Assembly: GCA_000091205.1 (NCBI GenBank)
Contig: AP006491.2
Length of the DNA stretch: 64,000 nt
Direction: 5' to 3' (one strand)
From: Cyanidioschyzon merolae
Taxonomy: Eukaryota
Below, one piece after another: positions 31,951 through 42,805 of the stretch. The first letter of the stretch is position 1. Each line of letters starts with the position of its first letter. Below the pieces are notes generated by a model. The model made no database searches, had not been told where the DNA came from, and saw only the letters and a program-made list of their open reading frames with translations. Made by a program: the position numbers and the translations under genes.

Positions 31951-32622
31951 GCGTACCGAGAACAACAGAGGTATCTACGCAGATACTGATTCACAATTTC
32001 GGCTACTGTACGAACGCTCGTTCGAGAACGTTGCGAATTATCTTGCTTTCGATGAACGAATGTACTCCAGCAGGAAAGCGACGATGCAATCACTCCGAAA
32101 AGTCGACCTCGAATCCGATAACCTTCACTCCTGCAAACATCATGTCGACGCTTCGCATCGTAAAATATCCGAAAAAGAATCAAGAGTCCGGAGCAGAACA
32201 AGCCGTTCTGCATTCTATGGTACGCTGATAGGGGTGTAGCGGTACGGGCGCTGCGAAAGCTTCTCACGCTGTACGATCGTCGATAGCGGAACCAGAGTAC
32301 CTTCCGATCCGGTAAGATGATCGCCAGCCGCGAAAGCATCCATGACACTGCACCATATCTTCGAGTGACGGGAGCGACCCGCACCGGTCGTCCATTTCAT
32401 CCAGAATATGAGTCGGTTCCTAGGAGCATCCGAGTGCAGAGCCTATCAGCAGCGCCTCCCCGAACGCTGCCCCATGAAGCGAAGGATGCCCCCAGCGACG
32501 CTCGTTCAGCAGCGCTCGACGCGGCAATGGCGAAGCGTCGACGACGCCCGGTCCCGTGACTCCTCGTTTGCGCTGTAGCGGGCGAGCGCTTTGGCTCTGG
32601 GACGCAGTGGTGCCATCGAGGC

Positions 32623-33723
32623 TTGAATGTCGCTATACATCGCCAGGCGTTGTTGATGATGCACCTCGGTGCGCACCAAAGCGACGCTTATCTCGGTTGG
32701 CTTCCGCCAAACCTATCCCTCAGAGACTTGGATGGTTACACCGTCGCTGACTGCAGCGCACTGCTCGCTCCACGCGGAGGTCGTCTTGTGCTGACTCCAG
32801 CTGAGAGCTCGAATGCTTCCGCATCAAGCAATAAGATTGTGCAAGCGGAGATCAATGTGGAATCTAGGCGGCATGCAACGCTGCGTTGGGCGAGTCTGGA
32901 CGAGGCGTCCACATCCGAGTTGCTTCTCGGAGCTGTGCACGGCTCCGTGAAGTTCTGGATCTGCGACGAGGCGCGCCAGACGACGTCGTCGTCCGCTGAG
33001 CAGCCCTTCGTATCGAATGGCTCTGGAACTGCTCAAGTCACTGAGAGGCAACTGCGGGTTTTGATGGACCGCGAACCGACACAGCTGGGCGCACGGGGAA
33101 ACCACGTCAGCGGTGAGCAGTCGGGCCGTGCGACGACCGAGGCGCACCTTCGTGCAACTTGTCCCGCGACCCTGAGCAGCCCAGTCGAAAGCGATACCCA
33201 GCTACCACCGGAAGAGTGTGCGCGATGGCGCTTTCTGCGAAAGCAGGCACGCGAACGCCTCGAGCATTTCACTACGAAAACGAACGTTACAGCTTCCGCG
33301 GAGCGGCATGTGCACGAACAAGCACCGACACAGCGTCAATCGACACCTTCAAAGACTCTGCAGGCACAGGGCGCTACATCCGTACCAGAGTCGTCATCCA
33401 ATGATGATGATGGTGATGATGATGATGCTGTGCCCCAGCAAGCGGAGCATTCCATTTGCGAGGAGTCACTCGTACCGTTCGATGCCTCGATGCATTTACG
33501 AACCAAGTACATCAAAAAGTATCGTCGGAAACCCGCCAAATATGCTCGCAAGATTCTCAAGCGCCCACAAGCATACCTACTGCAAGCGAATTGGCTGCCA
33601 GTCGCTGCGGAGGATCGAAGCGAGATCACTGCCCTGCGCATGGGCACCCGAGTCGATGATCATAACCGAGTCGATGGAGCCGTGCTTGTCCGCGAGATGC
33701 CGACACCGTCCACAACCTGGTAG
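32623..33723 (+). CDS. Hypothetical protein (366 aa) with an acidic 'SSNDDDGDDDDA' stretch and a basic C-terminus; no recognisable domain.
   Basis: Longest ORF between the two duplicated blocks. GC3-biased but lacking conserved motifs. Overlapping ORF 33218..34003 is an alternative. Confidence 0.35.
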   Translation: MNVAIHRQALLMMHLGAHQSDAYLGWLPPNLSLRDLDGYTVADCSALLAPRGGRLVLTPAESSNASASSNKIVQAEINVESRRHATLRWASLDEASTSELLLGAVHGSVKFWICDEARQTTSSSAEQPFVSNGSGTAQVTERQLRVLMDREPTQLGARGNHVSGEQSGRATTEAHLRATCPATLSSPVESDTQLPPEECARWRFLRKQARERLEHFTTKTNVTASAERHVHEQAPTQRQSTPSKTLQAQGATSVPESSSNDDDGDDDDAVPQQAEHSICEESLVPFDASMHLRTKYIKKYRRKPAKYARKILKRPQAYLLQANWLPVAAEDRSEITALRMGTRVDDHNRVDGAVLVREMPTPSTTW

Positions 33724-34419
33724 TCGTCTCTTTTTGTGTCATGATTGCATATCTGGCGTGTTGCGGAATGGGGCTTCGCGTTTACGCGCAACAGCAGGTG
33801 CGCTACGCGTGAACCGTACCACCGAAACGTCTGACTCCAGCGTAGGAGCCACCGCGTGGCTACATCATCGAGTTGTCATACATGTTGACGCAGCATCCCT
33901 GCTACCGATGCGCCGTGTATCCATGAGGCACCTTCCTCCATCGTTCTATTGTTGTGACTTTATAATTGGTGGCCCCGCCGGCGAACGCGACATACATCCA
34001 TGAGGTACCTGGCGGCTGGCGGTCGCGTCTTGTGCCGTCTGGACGATAACGCTGACACAGACAGCGACTCGTTTGGACGAACGTGTGTCACGCGTTCATG
34101 GTGCATGATAAGGGCGCCGCTTTCTCTCGTGGATGGAGTCAACGGTACAGACCAGGCACTTGTTCAGGTATCGCAGCCGGTACTCTGGCACGAAGGCGTG
34201 CACTAGTTCCGCTTGTACCCATTTGAGAATAAAATGGAATAGGTCCTCCAACACGGGTGTTCACTTTAACTTTTGGACTCTTTCCATTGGCAGCGACAAC
34301 AGCTTTTGTGCGCTTTTTCTGCGACTGCTTCCCTTGGCTCGCTTTGATGATGTGCTTTATGCACGCTGGTCTCTCCTTCGGCCCAGCCTCGTTGTCAGCA
34401 TTCGAAAGATGTTGCTGAC

Positions 34420-35300
34420 GGCAATCAGGTCCCGATTTCACGGCTTTCGGCTGTTGTCCACGCGTTTCATGCACAGGGGGTTGTTGCAATGCACGCTCCG
34501 CTCGCCATACTGAAGTTTGTTGTACACAGCTGCGGTGCACAGTGCGCTTGGATGTCAATGGACTGCGCTCAGGTGTTTCCATATGTCCACCAAACTTCCT
34601 GCTCCGAGCGCTGCCCTGTGGCACATGAACGCTTGCTTCATCGCTCGGTACATGCCTTCGATGGGTGCAGAGAGCTCGCCGCGGTGCCTTTCTCGGCTTT
34701 GGTGTCCGGTACCGTACACCGCTACGATCAGCAGCGTCTTGTGGAGGCTCCCGTGGTCGACTTTTTAGTGTACGCTGCACAAGCAAGCATATGCACTTGC
34801 ATTCGATACAAACGTTGTCGTATGTGATGCTTTCCATGATGAGAAAACAAGTATCGGAACACACATCTCGGACTGGAGATCAAGTTCGGGATTTCGATTC
34901 GTTTACGCTCCCTGCCGTGCAAGGCGGTGATGCACGCTCCACTTGAAGCGATTGCCGCGATGACCCAAGTTCGAGTCCCAGACCCTTGTCTACGCAAACC
35001 GAAGGAACGATAGTGTCTGGGAGCGTATCTCGTGCGAGTGATCATGGTGCTGTCGAGTTCTGTCTCATCGACGGTGATCACAGCGTAAGGATGATTCATC
35101 ACGCGTACAGCATCGATTCCTTGAGGTGGCACGTTCACGGGGAACGTTCGGCATGAGCGCGTACACAAGTGTTCAACGGAAACACTGAAGTTTGTTTCGT
35201 CGTCGATCCGGCAGCGCGAATGCCTGTGCCCACATTCGTTGCCTCGAAACAGAAAGACCGAAAAATTCCAGATTGCAGCTGATTTGAGCGCGCTCCCTAG
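34420..35300 (+). repeat. Copy B of the ~900-bp direct duplication (partner at 31050-31950).
   Basis: See copy A. Same orientation, about 3.4 kb downstream. Confidence 0.75.
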
Positions 35301-35749
35301 ACGCAAAAGCGAAGCCTGGACGCTTGCAAGTGCGAATTCCATCATGATAGCGGTCGTAATCCAGATCTTACGTCGGAGGCTTCGCAAATCCTGCTGAGCC
35401 CCGGGAACGCAACAGATTCCAGCGGGAACACGTCGAAGACGCCACTCCGACACCCCGCCAACGAACCCCATTCCTACCTATGCATCAGCGCGCCCGCATT
35501 CCTGCTCCCTGAACATCCAAGCTCCACATCGAAAGCAAACTCAGAAAATAAATCACAAACACCAAAAACGGTGCAAGCAGATCCGTGTTCCATGTAAATC
35601 CTTCCCTTTATGGATCTCCGATCGAGGTCGCGACAGGAGTGCAAGCTATGGGCGTACCCGCGCATCCAGGAGCTGCTCTCGCGATACCCACAACCCCAGA
35701 TGATGCTCCGCGTTGCAGCGTATGCATACTCCAGGTGCCGCGTTTTCGA

Positions 35750-38482
35750 CTACGCCGCCCATCGGTGAACGCTTCCAGAGCGCCCACCTATATAGATCTC
35801 GTTGCGATCCTCGTGGTAGTAGACAGCGGTCACGTCACTGAGCGCTCGACGTTCCTCGAACGAGTCACGATGCGCCCGGATTCGGCCTAGGCAAAGTCCG
35901 GTAGGAATGTGTGCGATCCAGAGTGAGCCGCTGTGGACGTCGTAGATCTCCGAAAGCGGACGCTGCAGTTGACCAGCTCGCAACCGTTCACTGGAGCTAG
36001 TACCGGGTACCGATGCGAACTGGTGATCGCTCGTCGAAGAGGGTGCCTGCAACGTCGGTGTTCCTTTGGCGAGCGATGGTAGCGCAGGTCGTACCTGCGG
36101 ACGCACCCCTGACGCGCTACTATCCCCTGGGGCAGTGGCGCTTGCGTCAGGTGTCGGACCCAGCACAGGTGCTCCATCCATGGACGTCGACGTCGACGAC
36201 GACTGCGGCGTCACTGCGGTATTCGGGTCAGCGTCGGATGCGTCCGGATCGTCGTCACGCGGATGCTCATTCGCGTCGCTCGCTGCCTGATAAGATACCA
36301 AAATATCCTGTGCAGCGGATATGTAGAGGGTATTGTTCGCTGCTGCCGAGATGGCACGGGACGGATGCTGTCTCGAGAGCCGTTGAACAACGGGTCGAGC
36401 ACGAAAGTCCCAAACCTGAATCTCCTGATCCCGGAAGACAAGAAACAATTTGGTCTCGTACAGAAAGATGAAATGGTGAGGCGTCAGGTGCTGTGAACCG
36501 AGAAGCTCCTGCTCCGTACTGGTGCGCAGATCGACGATACGGAGGTTCACGCCCTCCTGTTTCACCAGCAGGCGATCGTGGAAGAGCTCGATGAACTCTA
36601 TCTTGCGAGATCGGTTCAGCAAGTAAAAGAGTTCATGTCGCACGGCGCCGGTTTCGATATCCACAAACTGGAGCGGCACATGGCTTCCGACGCGCTGATA
36701 GATGAGCAACATCACGCCCGGTGACACCTTGATCTCGGCGATAGAGCGACACGCGATCCGGTAGAGGCTTTGGTAGGTTGTCAGGTCCCATACTGTGTAG
36801 CTGCGATCGTTGGCACTGAAGGTAAGCACCTTGCCGTTGACATCGTCAAATTCGACAAACCCCGGCCAACTGAGGCATTCGCTCGTAAAGATAGGGATGC
36901 TGTCTTCAGGCTGGCCTCGCGCGATGGCGTCCATCGGGATGCTGCGACAACGAAGTCGCAGGAAGCGATCTTCGTGCCGCACGGAGACAGTGATGAGCGC
37001 TCGATTGGCCTTGTTGAGGAAGATAGAGCGCACGACTTCATCAGGGCTCAGGTTCAAGCAGCAGAGACGCTTTCGTGTAACAGTCTGGAACGCTGTACAG
37101 ACCCCGTTGGCCGTCAAGGTGAAGAGCAGATCGCCGAAAGCGACGATTTCTACCACGCCGGCACGCCGTTGAAGCAACGGAAGCGAGAAGCTCCGGTTGC
37201 TGTCGTTGGCGTCGTAGGTCTCGCGGAGACGGAGGCCGCGAAAGCGGCACAAGAGCGTTTGTCGATGCAACGCATGTTCGGGCAGAATGCCGGTCTCACG
37301 ACGACGCAGGGCATCGAGCGGCTGGAATCGCCACTGCAGCGCGGAGGAAGCACGCTGCAACCCGTGCCCTGCTCCAGCATTGAAACCGAGTTTCGATGCT
37401 GCTTCGATGGACACGGGCGTCGACGACAAGCCCACCGGCGCTGCCGCACATGAGAATGAACCGCAACCAAGTCTTCGTCGCTTCTTCGTCGCCTGGGTTA
37501 GAGGTTCACAAGCGTCAGCCATTGGGGTCGCTTCGACCGCGCCAGGCGACACGCGCTGGGATTGGTAGACTCGGGCTGGCCAGTATGCAGTCGTGCGTGC
37601 GCTCGTTTCTTGGCTACAAGTTGCAACATCGTTCGAAATACTTGAGCACTGACTAGACGTCAACGCTGGAAGAGGGAACAGCGTGGACGAAGACTCCGGC
37701 GAGCGCGCAGACTTGCCACGTGGCGAGGCATCTCCGGCAGGAGCGCCCGCATACGTGCGGGTTGCCCCCGGTCGTGGGCTCTGCGCACACAAGTACTGCG
37801 CCGCGTGCCGATCATCTTCGCTGAGCAGCGAACATACGTCACCAGCGAGCTCGGAAGCGCCCGCTGCGTCACTCAGAAGCGCCACAGCTTCTCGGCGCCA
37901 GCGTTCGCACGACGCATTTTCGAAACGCTGTCGGGGAACGTACACCACCGAAGGCGAAAGAAACACCTTGCTCTTTCCAGACCAAACCTGGCGCGGTCCG
38001 CAGTCAGTGCATGCACCCTTGGTACCGTCTGTGTGCACGGCGGAAGACATGAAGCCTGTTGACGGAAACAGGAACTTCACCTCGGGCGCAGTCAACCCAG
38101 GTCCAGGTGTCGACGTGTACTCGCGTGTCTGCACGACTTGTGTACAAAGCGCGTACGTACAGCGCACGTCCAGACGAGTTCTCAGTACCGCTTGTATTTT
38201 GTACGCGCGGTGCTTTCCCCAATACTCAAGGTTTGCACGAGTGTGTGCCCAGACAGACACGTATTCGCGAGCAGCGGGCGAACGGAGTCGCAGCGCAGGC
38301 ACCCCGTGCGGCCCTCCGCAGACTTGTAAAATCGCAACCGCTGCTGCCCTGACTGCGGGTATGAGCGGTGTGTCGCCCGCAGGCCGTTGCGATTTGGAGC
38401 GCGACTGGCGGCGCTGTTGCCGCGTCGAAAGCCGATAACGCCTGGAGGAGGCGGCGGCGGCGGCGCACCGGTGGTGCTTCAA
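35750..38482 (-). CDS. Large hypothetical protein (910 aa). The N-terminal ~450 aa is an S/P/A-rich disordered region; the C-terminal half is a beta-rich, possibly propeller-like, domain.
   Basis: Uninterrupted 2.7-kb ORF with strong GC3 bias. The C-terminal segment 'YTVWDLTTYQSLYRIACRSIAEIKVSPGVMLLIYQR...LRIVDLRTSTEQELLGSQHLTPHHFIFLYETKLFLVFRDQEIQVWDFRARPVVQ' has WD-like W-D dipeptides but no canonical GH-WD repeats. I cannot assign a family. Confidence 0.6.
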   Translation of the reverse strand: MKHHRCAAAAASSRRYRLSTRQQRRQSRSKSQRPAGDTPLIPAVRAAAVAILQVCGGPHGVPALRLRSPAAREYVSVWAHTRANLEYWGKHRAYKIQAVLRTRLDVRCTYALCTQVVQTREYTSTPGPGLTAPEVKFLFPSTGFMSSAVHTDGTKGACTDCGPRQVWSGKSKVFLSPSVVYVPRQRFENASCERWRREAVALLSDAAGASELAGDVCSLLSEDDRHAAQYLCAQSPRPGATRTYAGAPAGDASPRGKSARSPESSSTLFPLPALTSSQCSSISNDVATCSQETSARTTAYWPARVYQSQRVSPGAVEATPMADACEPLTQATKKRRRLGCGSFSCAAAPVGLSSTPVSIEAASKLGFNAGAGHGLQRASSALQWRFQPLDALRRRETGILPEHALHRQTLLCRFRGLRLRETYDANDSNRSFSLPLLQRRAGVVEIVAFGDLLFTLTANGVCTAFQTVTRKRLCCLNLSPDEVVRSIFLNKANRALITVSVRHEDRFLRLRCRSIPMDAIARGQPEDSIPIFTSECLSWPGFVEFDDVNGKVLTFSANDRSYTVWDLTTYQSLYRIACRSIAEIKVSPGVMLLIYQRVGSHVPLQFVDIETGAVRHELFYLLNRSRKIEFIELFHDRLLVKQEGVNLRIVDLRTSTEQELLGSQHLTPHHFIFLYETKLFLVFRDQEIQVWDFRARPVVQRLSRQHPSRAISAAANNTLYISAAQDILVSYQAASDANEHPRDDDPDASDADPNTAVTPQSSSTSTSMDGAPVLGPTPDASATAPGDSSASGVRPQVRPALPSLAKGTPTLQAPSSTSDHQFASVPGTSSSERLRAGQLQRPLSEIYDVHSGSLWIAHIPTGLCLGRIRAHRDSFEERRALSDVTAVYYHEDRNEIYIGGRSGSVHRWAA

Positions 38483-39532
38483 TGCACAATGCAGATCGCT
38501 GGGTGCAGATGGGATGAATATGGTCTAATTTGTATATTTATGGTATGTGCCATGGAGGCGGCGGCGGCATGCACGGTAGCCGAGTGGTCGCTGCTGATCC
38601 TGGGCGCGTGCACCTGCAGCAATCCCGCGGGAGATGCGCCGCTGCTGGCAACGCCTGGGGCAGCGGCTACCGCTCTGCACCAGACAGTGTGCCCTGACGT
38701 GCCACCAGCCTCCGATTCGTCATTCCGACGGAGACCAGGGCTTCTGTCTAGTCGGCGATTCGGTTGGGTAACGGGGCATGGCGGGCGCTGATCCCCGTTC
38801 AGGACACGATCCGGGACGACGGGTGCGTCGCCGGCTTCTTCGCTGTGCGGAGACGTGCGCATGCAATTGGGTATTGTTTGGAGGGCGTCGGATCGCTTCC
38901 GCACGAACCGCGGCATCCCCGAGAGCGTGGCGGGTATCGGTATTCGGAAGATCGTCCAGCAGCCAAGATGCACCAGAAACCAATACTCATGCTTCGCTCT
39001 GGAGAAGACGCTTCCTCCGTGCGATCCACCGGGTGCCTTGTGCCTGTCATGAGCATCCATAACGGTAACGCCAACGGCTCTAGCGCCCGCTTCGGCATGA
39101 CACCTCGTGAGCGGGCGTCTCTGTTGGCCCACACTGGTAGACGTCAACTCAAAGCACGCATCGCCCGACGCCGTGTCAGGACTCGCGGGCGGTGTCAGCC
39201 TCGATAGTCGGCGCACACAGACCTGCCCTGAGACCTCCGATACGCCCGATCGGGGACCGTTCGATACGCTGCCTCCCGCGAGCGCATCGGAGGCGAGAGC
39301 ACACCCAGCCAGCGGGCCCGGGGTGCCGTGCGCAGCGGCCAGGCGCGCGCGCACACACACGCGCACGCGTGGCATTCAGCAGTTTCGCACAACGCCACCG
39401 AAACGACGGCGTATGAGAAGACTATCGCGCTCACTTGTTTCGTACAGAGTACTTTACACGCTGCGACGCCCAGTGCGGTAAACTTGTCCCGAGAACGCTC
39501 TACTTCCTTCATAGCTCACTCAGAATTCACAA

Positions 39533-40696
39533 ATGCTCGTTTCGAGTACAGTTTTCGCTAACCACAAGGGCGGATGCGGCAAGTCGGTCCTGTTATTCCA
39601 GTCCGCTGCGGAGTACGCGCTGGCGCACCCTGATCAGCACGTACTGGTCGTGGACATGACCGTGGTTGGCGACCTGACGCGTCTTTTCCTCGGCGGAGAC
39701 TCGTTTGAGCGCTCTTCATCGGTAAGTTTGAGCGACTTTGTGGCTGTCCACGGAGGCACAACCAAACTCCTCTTTGATTGCCTCGCGTTCGAGCTGGGGT
39801 TCCAGTCCGGGGCGCTGCGCGAGACTGCGACCACAGCGAGTGGGAGCAGCGGCAGTGGCCCGCTCTCCTTCGTGAGTCGTTTGCGGCAGACGTTTGGCGG
39901 TGGCACGGGCAGTGAGGACAAGAGCGCTGGTGGCAGCGGAGGTGCCTACCGTTTCCCTGTGGAAAAATACCTGCTTCGTGTCGCAGACGTCAATACACAC
40001 ATTCCTGCAAATATCTACCTATCCATGTCGAGCGGTGGTGGATCCCAGCATCCGTTCCGGCTCACTGAGCGCCTCACTGTGGTCCAGGGCCTTCGCCGCG
40101 CTTTCCAGCAAGCGCCCGCCTCGTATAAGGTTCTGTTCGATACCGACGGCGACCTGCACTTCTCCGACTATACCCGGATCGCTATTGGTGTCGCAGACCA
40201 TTTGGTGGTGCCACTCTTCCCCTCGTTTACGGACTTCCACCGCGTCGAGACGTTTATGGAGGAGCTCTTCCAAATGCGTCAGAACGGAGAGACTGACGCC
40301 AAGGTACAGCTCATGGTCTGGAACAATGTCGATGTGCACTACAATCGGCCATGGTTGCCGGTATCCCGAAACGTGACGCCCACCAAGGCAGCTCAAACGG
40401 TGATTGAGAAACTCAACTCGCTACTGGCTGGGGTCGCAGCTCAGTATAGTACGCTTTTCGTGCAGCCCATTCCGGATAATGCAAGCCCCGTGGAAGCCAG
40501 TGAGCACTTTTCGGAAACGAGCTCCATGATCATGCGAACCTTCGGGGTAACCGGTATGGCTAGCGCGGATCTGGGCATTCCTTTTGCCTGCATGCAACCA
40601 GGCACTCTGACTGGTGGCGCCGTCGAGTACCACGTCAGCGCCGAAATGCTGGAGCTGCTACGCGCGAATGTGCGCGAGCTCGCCGATGTGCTCTGA
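39533..40696 (+). CDS. Divergent ParA/MinD/Soj-family P-loop ATPase (deviant Walker A) with Gly/Ser-rich insertions.
   Basis: The N-terminus 'VFANHKGGCGKSVLLFQSAAEYA' is the deviant Walker A KGGxGK[ST]. 'VLVVDMTVVGDLTRLFLGG' corresponds to the ParA 'lDlDPQgnlt' switch I region, 'YKVLFDTDGDL' is a Walker B-like hydrophobic strand plus Asp, and 'ADHLVVPLFPSFTDFHRVETFMEEL' matches the 'ad.viiP..pe..sl.gl' region. A roughly 90-aa low-complexity insertion (SGSSGSGP...GGGTGSEDKSAGGSGG) interrupts the fold, which is eukaryote-style. Confidence 0.7.
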   Translation: MLVSSTVFANHKGGCGKSVLLFQSAAEYALAHPDQHVLVVDMTVVGDLTRLFLGGDSFERSSSVSLSDFVAVHGGTTKLLFDCLAFELGFQSGALRETATTASGSSGSGPLSFVSRLRQTFGGGTGSEDKSAGGSGGAYRFPVEKYLLRVADVNTHIPANIYLSMSSGGGSQHPFRLTERLTVVQGLRRAFQQAPASYKVLFDTDGDLHFSDYTRIAIGVADHLVVPLFPSFTDFHRVETFMEELFQMRQNGETDAKVQLMVWNNVDVHYNRPWLPVSRNVTPTKAAQTVIEKLNSLLAGVAAQYSTLFVQPIPDNASPVEASEHFSETSSMIMRTFGVTGMASADLGIPFACMQPGTLTGGAVEYHVSAEMLELLRANVRELADVL

Positions 40697-41177
40697 ACGG
40701 CTGCGGTGATTCTGTGACCTCGAAAGGTCGTATGCCAGACGTATCGTTTTTTCTGACAGTATCAGGTACAATGCAGTGTTCACGCTGGTGCGGAGACAGG
40801 CGACCGTCCGTTGCCGATTTTTCGCAGAATGGCGTTCAGGGCGGAGGCGGTATATCGGCACGAACACAGACACCACGAGCGATGCAGGCCACGCTTCTGA
40901 GTGCGCCAGTGGTGCCGGTGCCGGCACTCGTCGCGGAGCAGGGCATGTTCTCCGACGCTGGCACTGTTCCCGAATATCTGGTTCGTTTTGGAATTCTGTA
41001 ATGTGAAAAAGGTTTCGAGAGCGTGCACCCCGATGAACGGATCACCCTGATGCCAAGTGATGGATTTCCTGTCGTGCCCGAAAAGCGACAAACAGGTAGA
41101 GTTGGTTAGCGACACGAGGACACAGGGTGCGTCCCGCGTCGGCATGCGCGATGCCTGCAGGCAGCGAGCACAGCCCC

Positions 41178-41608
41178 CAGAGACTGGACTCTAGGATGGA
41201 CGTGACGCGCGGGTACCACTGGTACTGCTCGCAGCACCCGTCGCCTCTGTGTCCGGTAGTCTGTATCCTTGAAGATGGGCGCCCCCCAGAGACTGGACTT
41301 TAGGATGGACGTGACGCGCGGGTACCACTGGTACTGCTCGCAGCACCCGTCGCCTCTGTGTCCGGTAGTCTGCATCCTTGAAGATGGGCGCACCCCAGAG
41401 ACTGGACTTTAGGATGGACGTGACGCGCGGGTACCACTGGTACTGCTCGCAGCACCCGTCGCCTCTGTGTCCGGTAGTCTGTATCCTTGAAGATGGGCGC
41501 CCCCCAGAGACTGGACTTTAGGATGGACGTGACGCGCGGGTACCACTGGTACTGCTCGCAGCACCCGTCGCCTCTGTGTCCGGTAGTCTGTATCCTTGAA
41601 GATGGGCG
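41178..41608. repeat. Tandem repeat, 109-bp unit x 4.
   Basis: 'cagagactggact[c/t]taggatggacgtgacgcgcgggtaccactggtactgctcgcagcacccgtcgcctctgtgtccggtagtctg[t/c]atccttgaagatgggcgcccccc' begins at 41178, 41286, 41395 and 41504. Confidence 0.9.
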
Positions 41609-41746
41609 CACGCACGCACGCACGCACGCATACATACATACATACATACATACATACATACATACATACATACATACATACATACATACATACATACATA
41701 CATACATACATACATACATACATACATACATACATACATACATACA
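41606..41746. repeat. Compound microsatellite (CACG)5-(CATA)~30, contiguous with the 109-bp array.
   Basis: 'gcacgcacgcacgcacgcacgcatacatacatac...' is read directly from the sequence. It creates the artefactual ORFs 'CMYVCMYVCMYV' (-) and 'HTYIHTYIHTYI' (+). Confidence 0.95.
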
Positions 41747-42388
41747 GTGCACGGGCGCGACTCTACCGGACGGTGCACGGGTAACGCACGGCCTATGCGC
41801 GGCCGCCTCGTTCACCCGACAGCGACGGCCGCATATAGGCCTGACCACTTCCAGTATATGTTCTTATGGGTGTTTGTGCAAGCGTAATAGTCGCAGGGTG
41901 CCCGGTTACGCGTAAGCGTTCGCTCTGCGTGTTGAGCGTGCAAGCACCGCAGCGTTGCCCTACCGCTGCCGGGTGCCTGCGTAGCGAGCTTTGAACCGCA
42001 TCCTTTCCGCATCGCACGGACCTCTAGACCGTTTCCCCGTGGATACCATGTTAGCTTCTTTCATCCAAACGTATAAACACATCTTTTGTTACGAAAAAGC
42101 CCCAGGTTCAGGCTGGAATAGAGCGCACAAGCATCACATCCGCTGTGCTGCCTGCGATACCGTTCGGCACGGGCGCGCCCGCGTCGCCATCGGCAGGCGC
42201 GCGCGCAGACGAGTGTGCGCGCTGGTGATAGGTCACTGGGGAGGCCTCGCAGGCGCCTCGACAAACGCACTCGAAAAGTTCCGCAAGTATTTTCCTGTAC
42301 TACCCTCTAAATCTGTATAAATCTTATTGGTGACAGGATATTCGACTTTGAAAAGTGCTTTGCGGCATCCGACCTAGCTACTTGTCGG

Positions 42389-42805
42389 GTGATGCTACGC
42401 GATCGGCTCTACGCTGTCGCCGTTGGTTGTGCAGCTGCGGCAGGGTTTTCTTGGCACTTGTCCCGTCTGGTCGGAGAGCAGCCTGCGCAAGCGGTCGCGT
42501 GCAGACGCGAGCAGCTCGGGACAAGTGGTGTACGACCGCAGCTCCACTACGACTGGCAAAGCGCGGGCCGTAGAGTCATCCCGGACCTGGTGCCTTTTGC
42601 AGCTGCCGGGACAGTGCAGCAGAAGCAGTCGCAGCAGCAGCAGCAGCTTGAAAATCTGGAGCAGTTTCTTCGTCGACGCTGGGCTTTCACGTGGAACGAA
42701 AGCATCAACGCGCTACTGGATGCCTTGCAACAGTTAGATGCGGAACGACTCCAGCGATATCCACGTGAGTTGTGGCAGCGATGGCGGCGACAGCAATCTG
42801 TATGA
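42389..42805 (+). CDS. Small hypothetical ORF (138 aa): N-terminal hydrophobic segment, poly-Gln run, basic/Trp-rich C-terminus. Possibly a small membrane or mitochondrial protein, possibly not coding.
   Basis: An isolated ORF in a 3.5-kb gap with good GC3 bias: 'AVAVGCAAAAGFSWHLSRLVG...QQKQSQQQQQLENLEQFLRRRWAFTWNESINALLDALQQL'. No family recognised. Confidence 0.2.
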   Translation: MMLRDRLYAVAVGCAAAAGFSWHLSRLVGEQPAQAVACRREQLGTSGVRPQLHYDWQSAGRRVIPDLVPFAAAGTVQQKQSQQQQQLENLEQFLRRRWAFTWNESINALLDALQQLDAERLQRYPRELWQRWRRQQSV

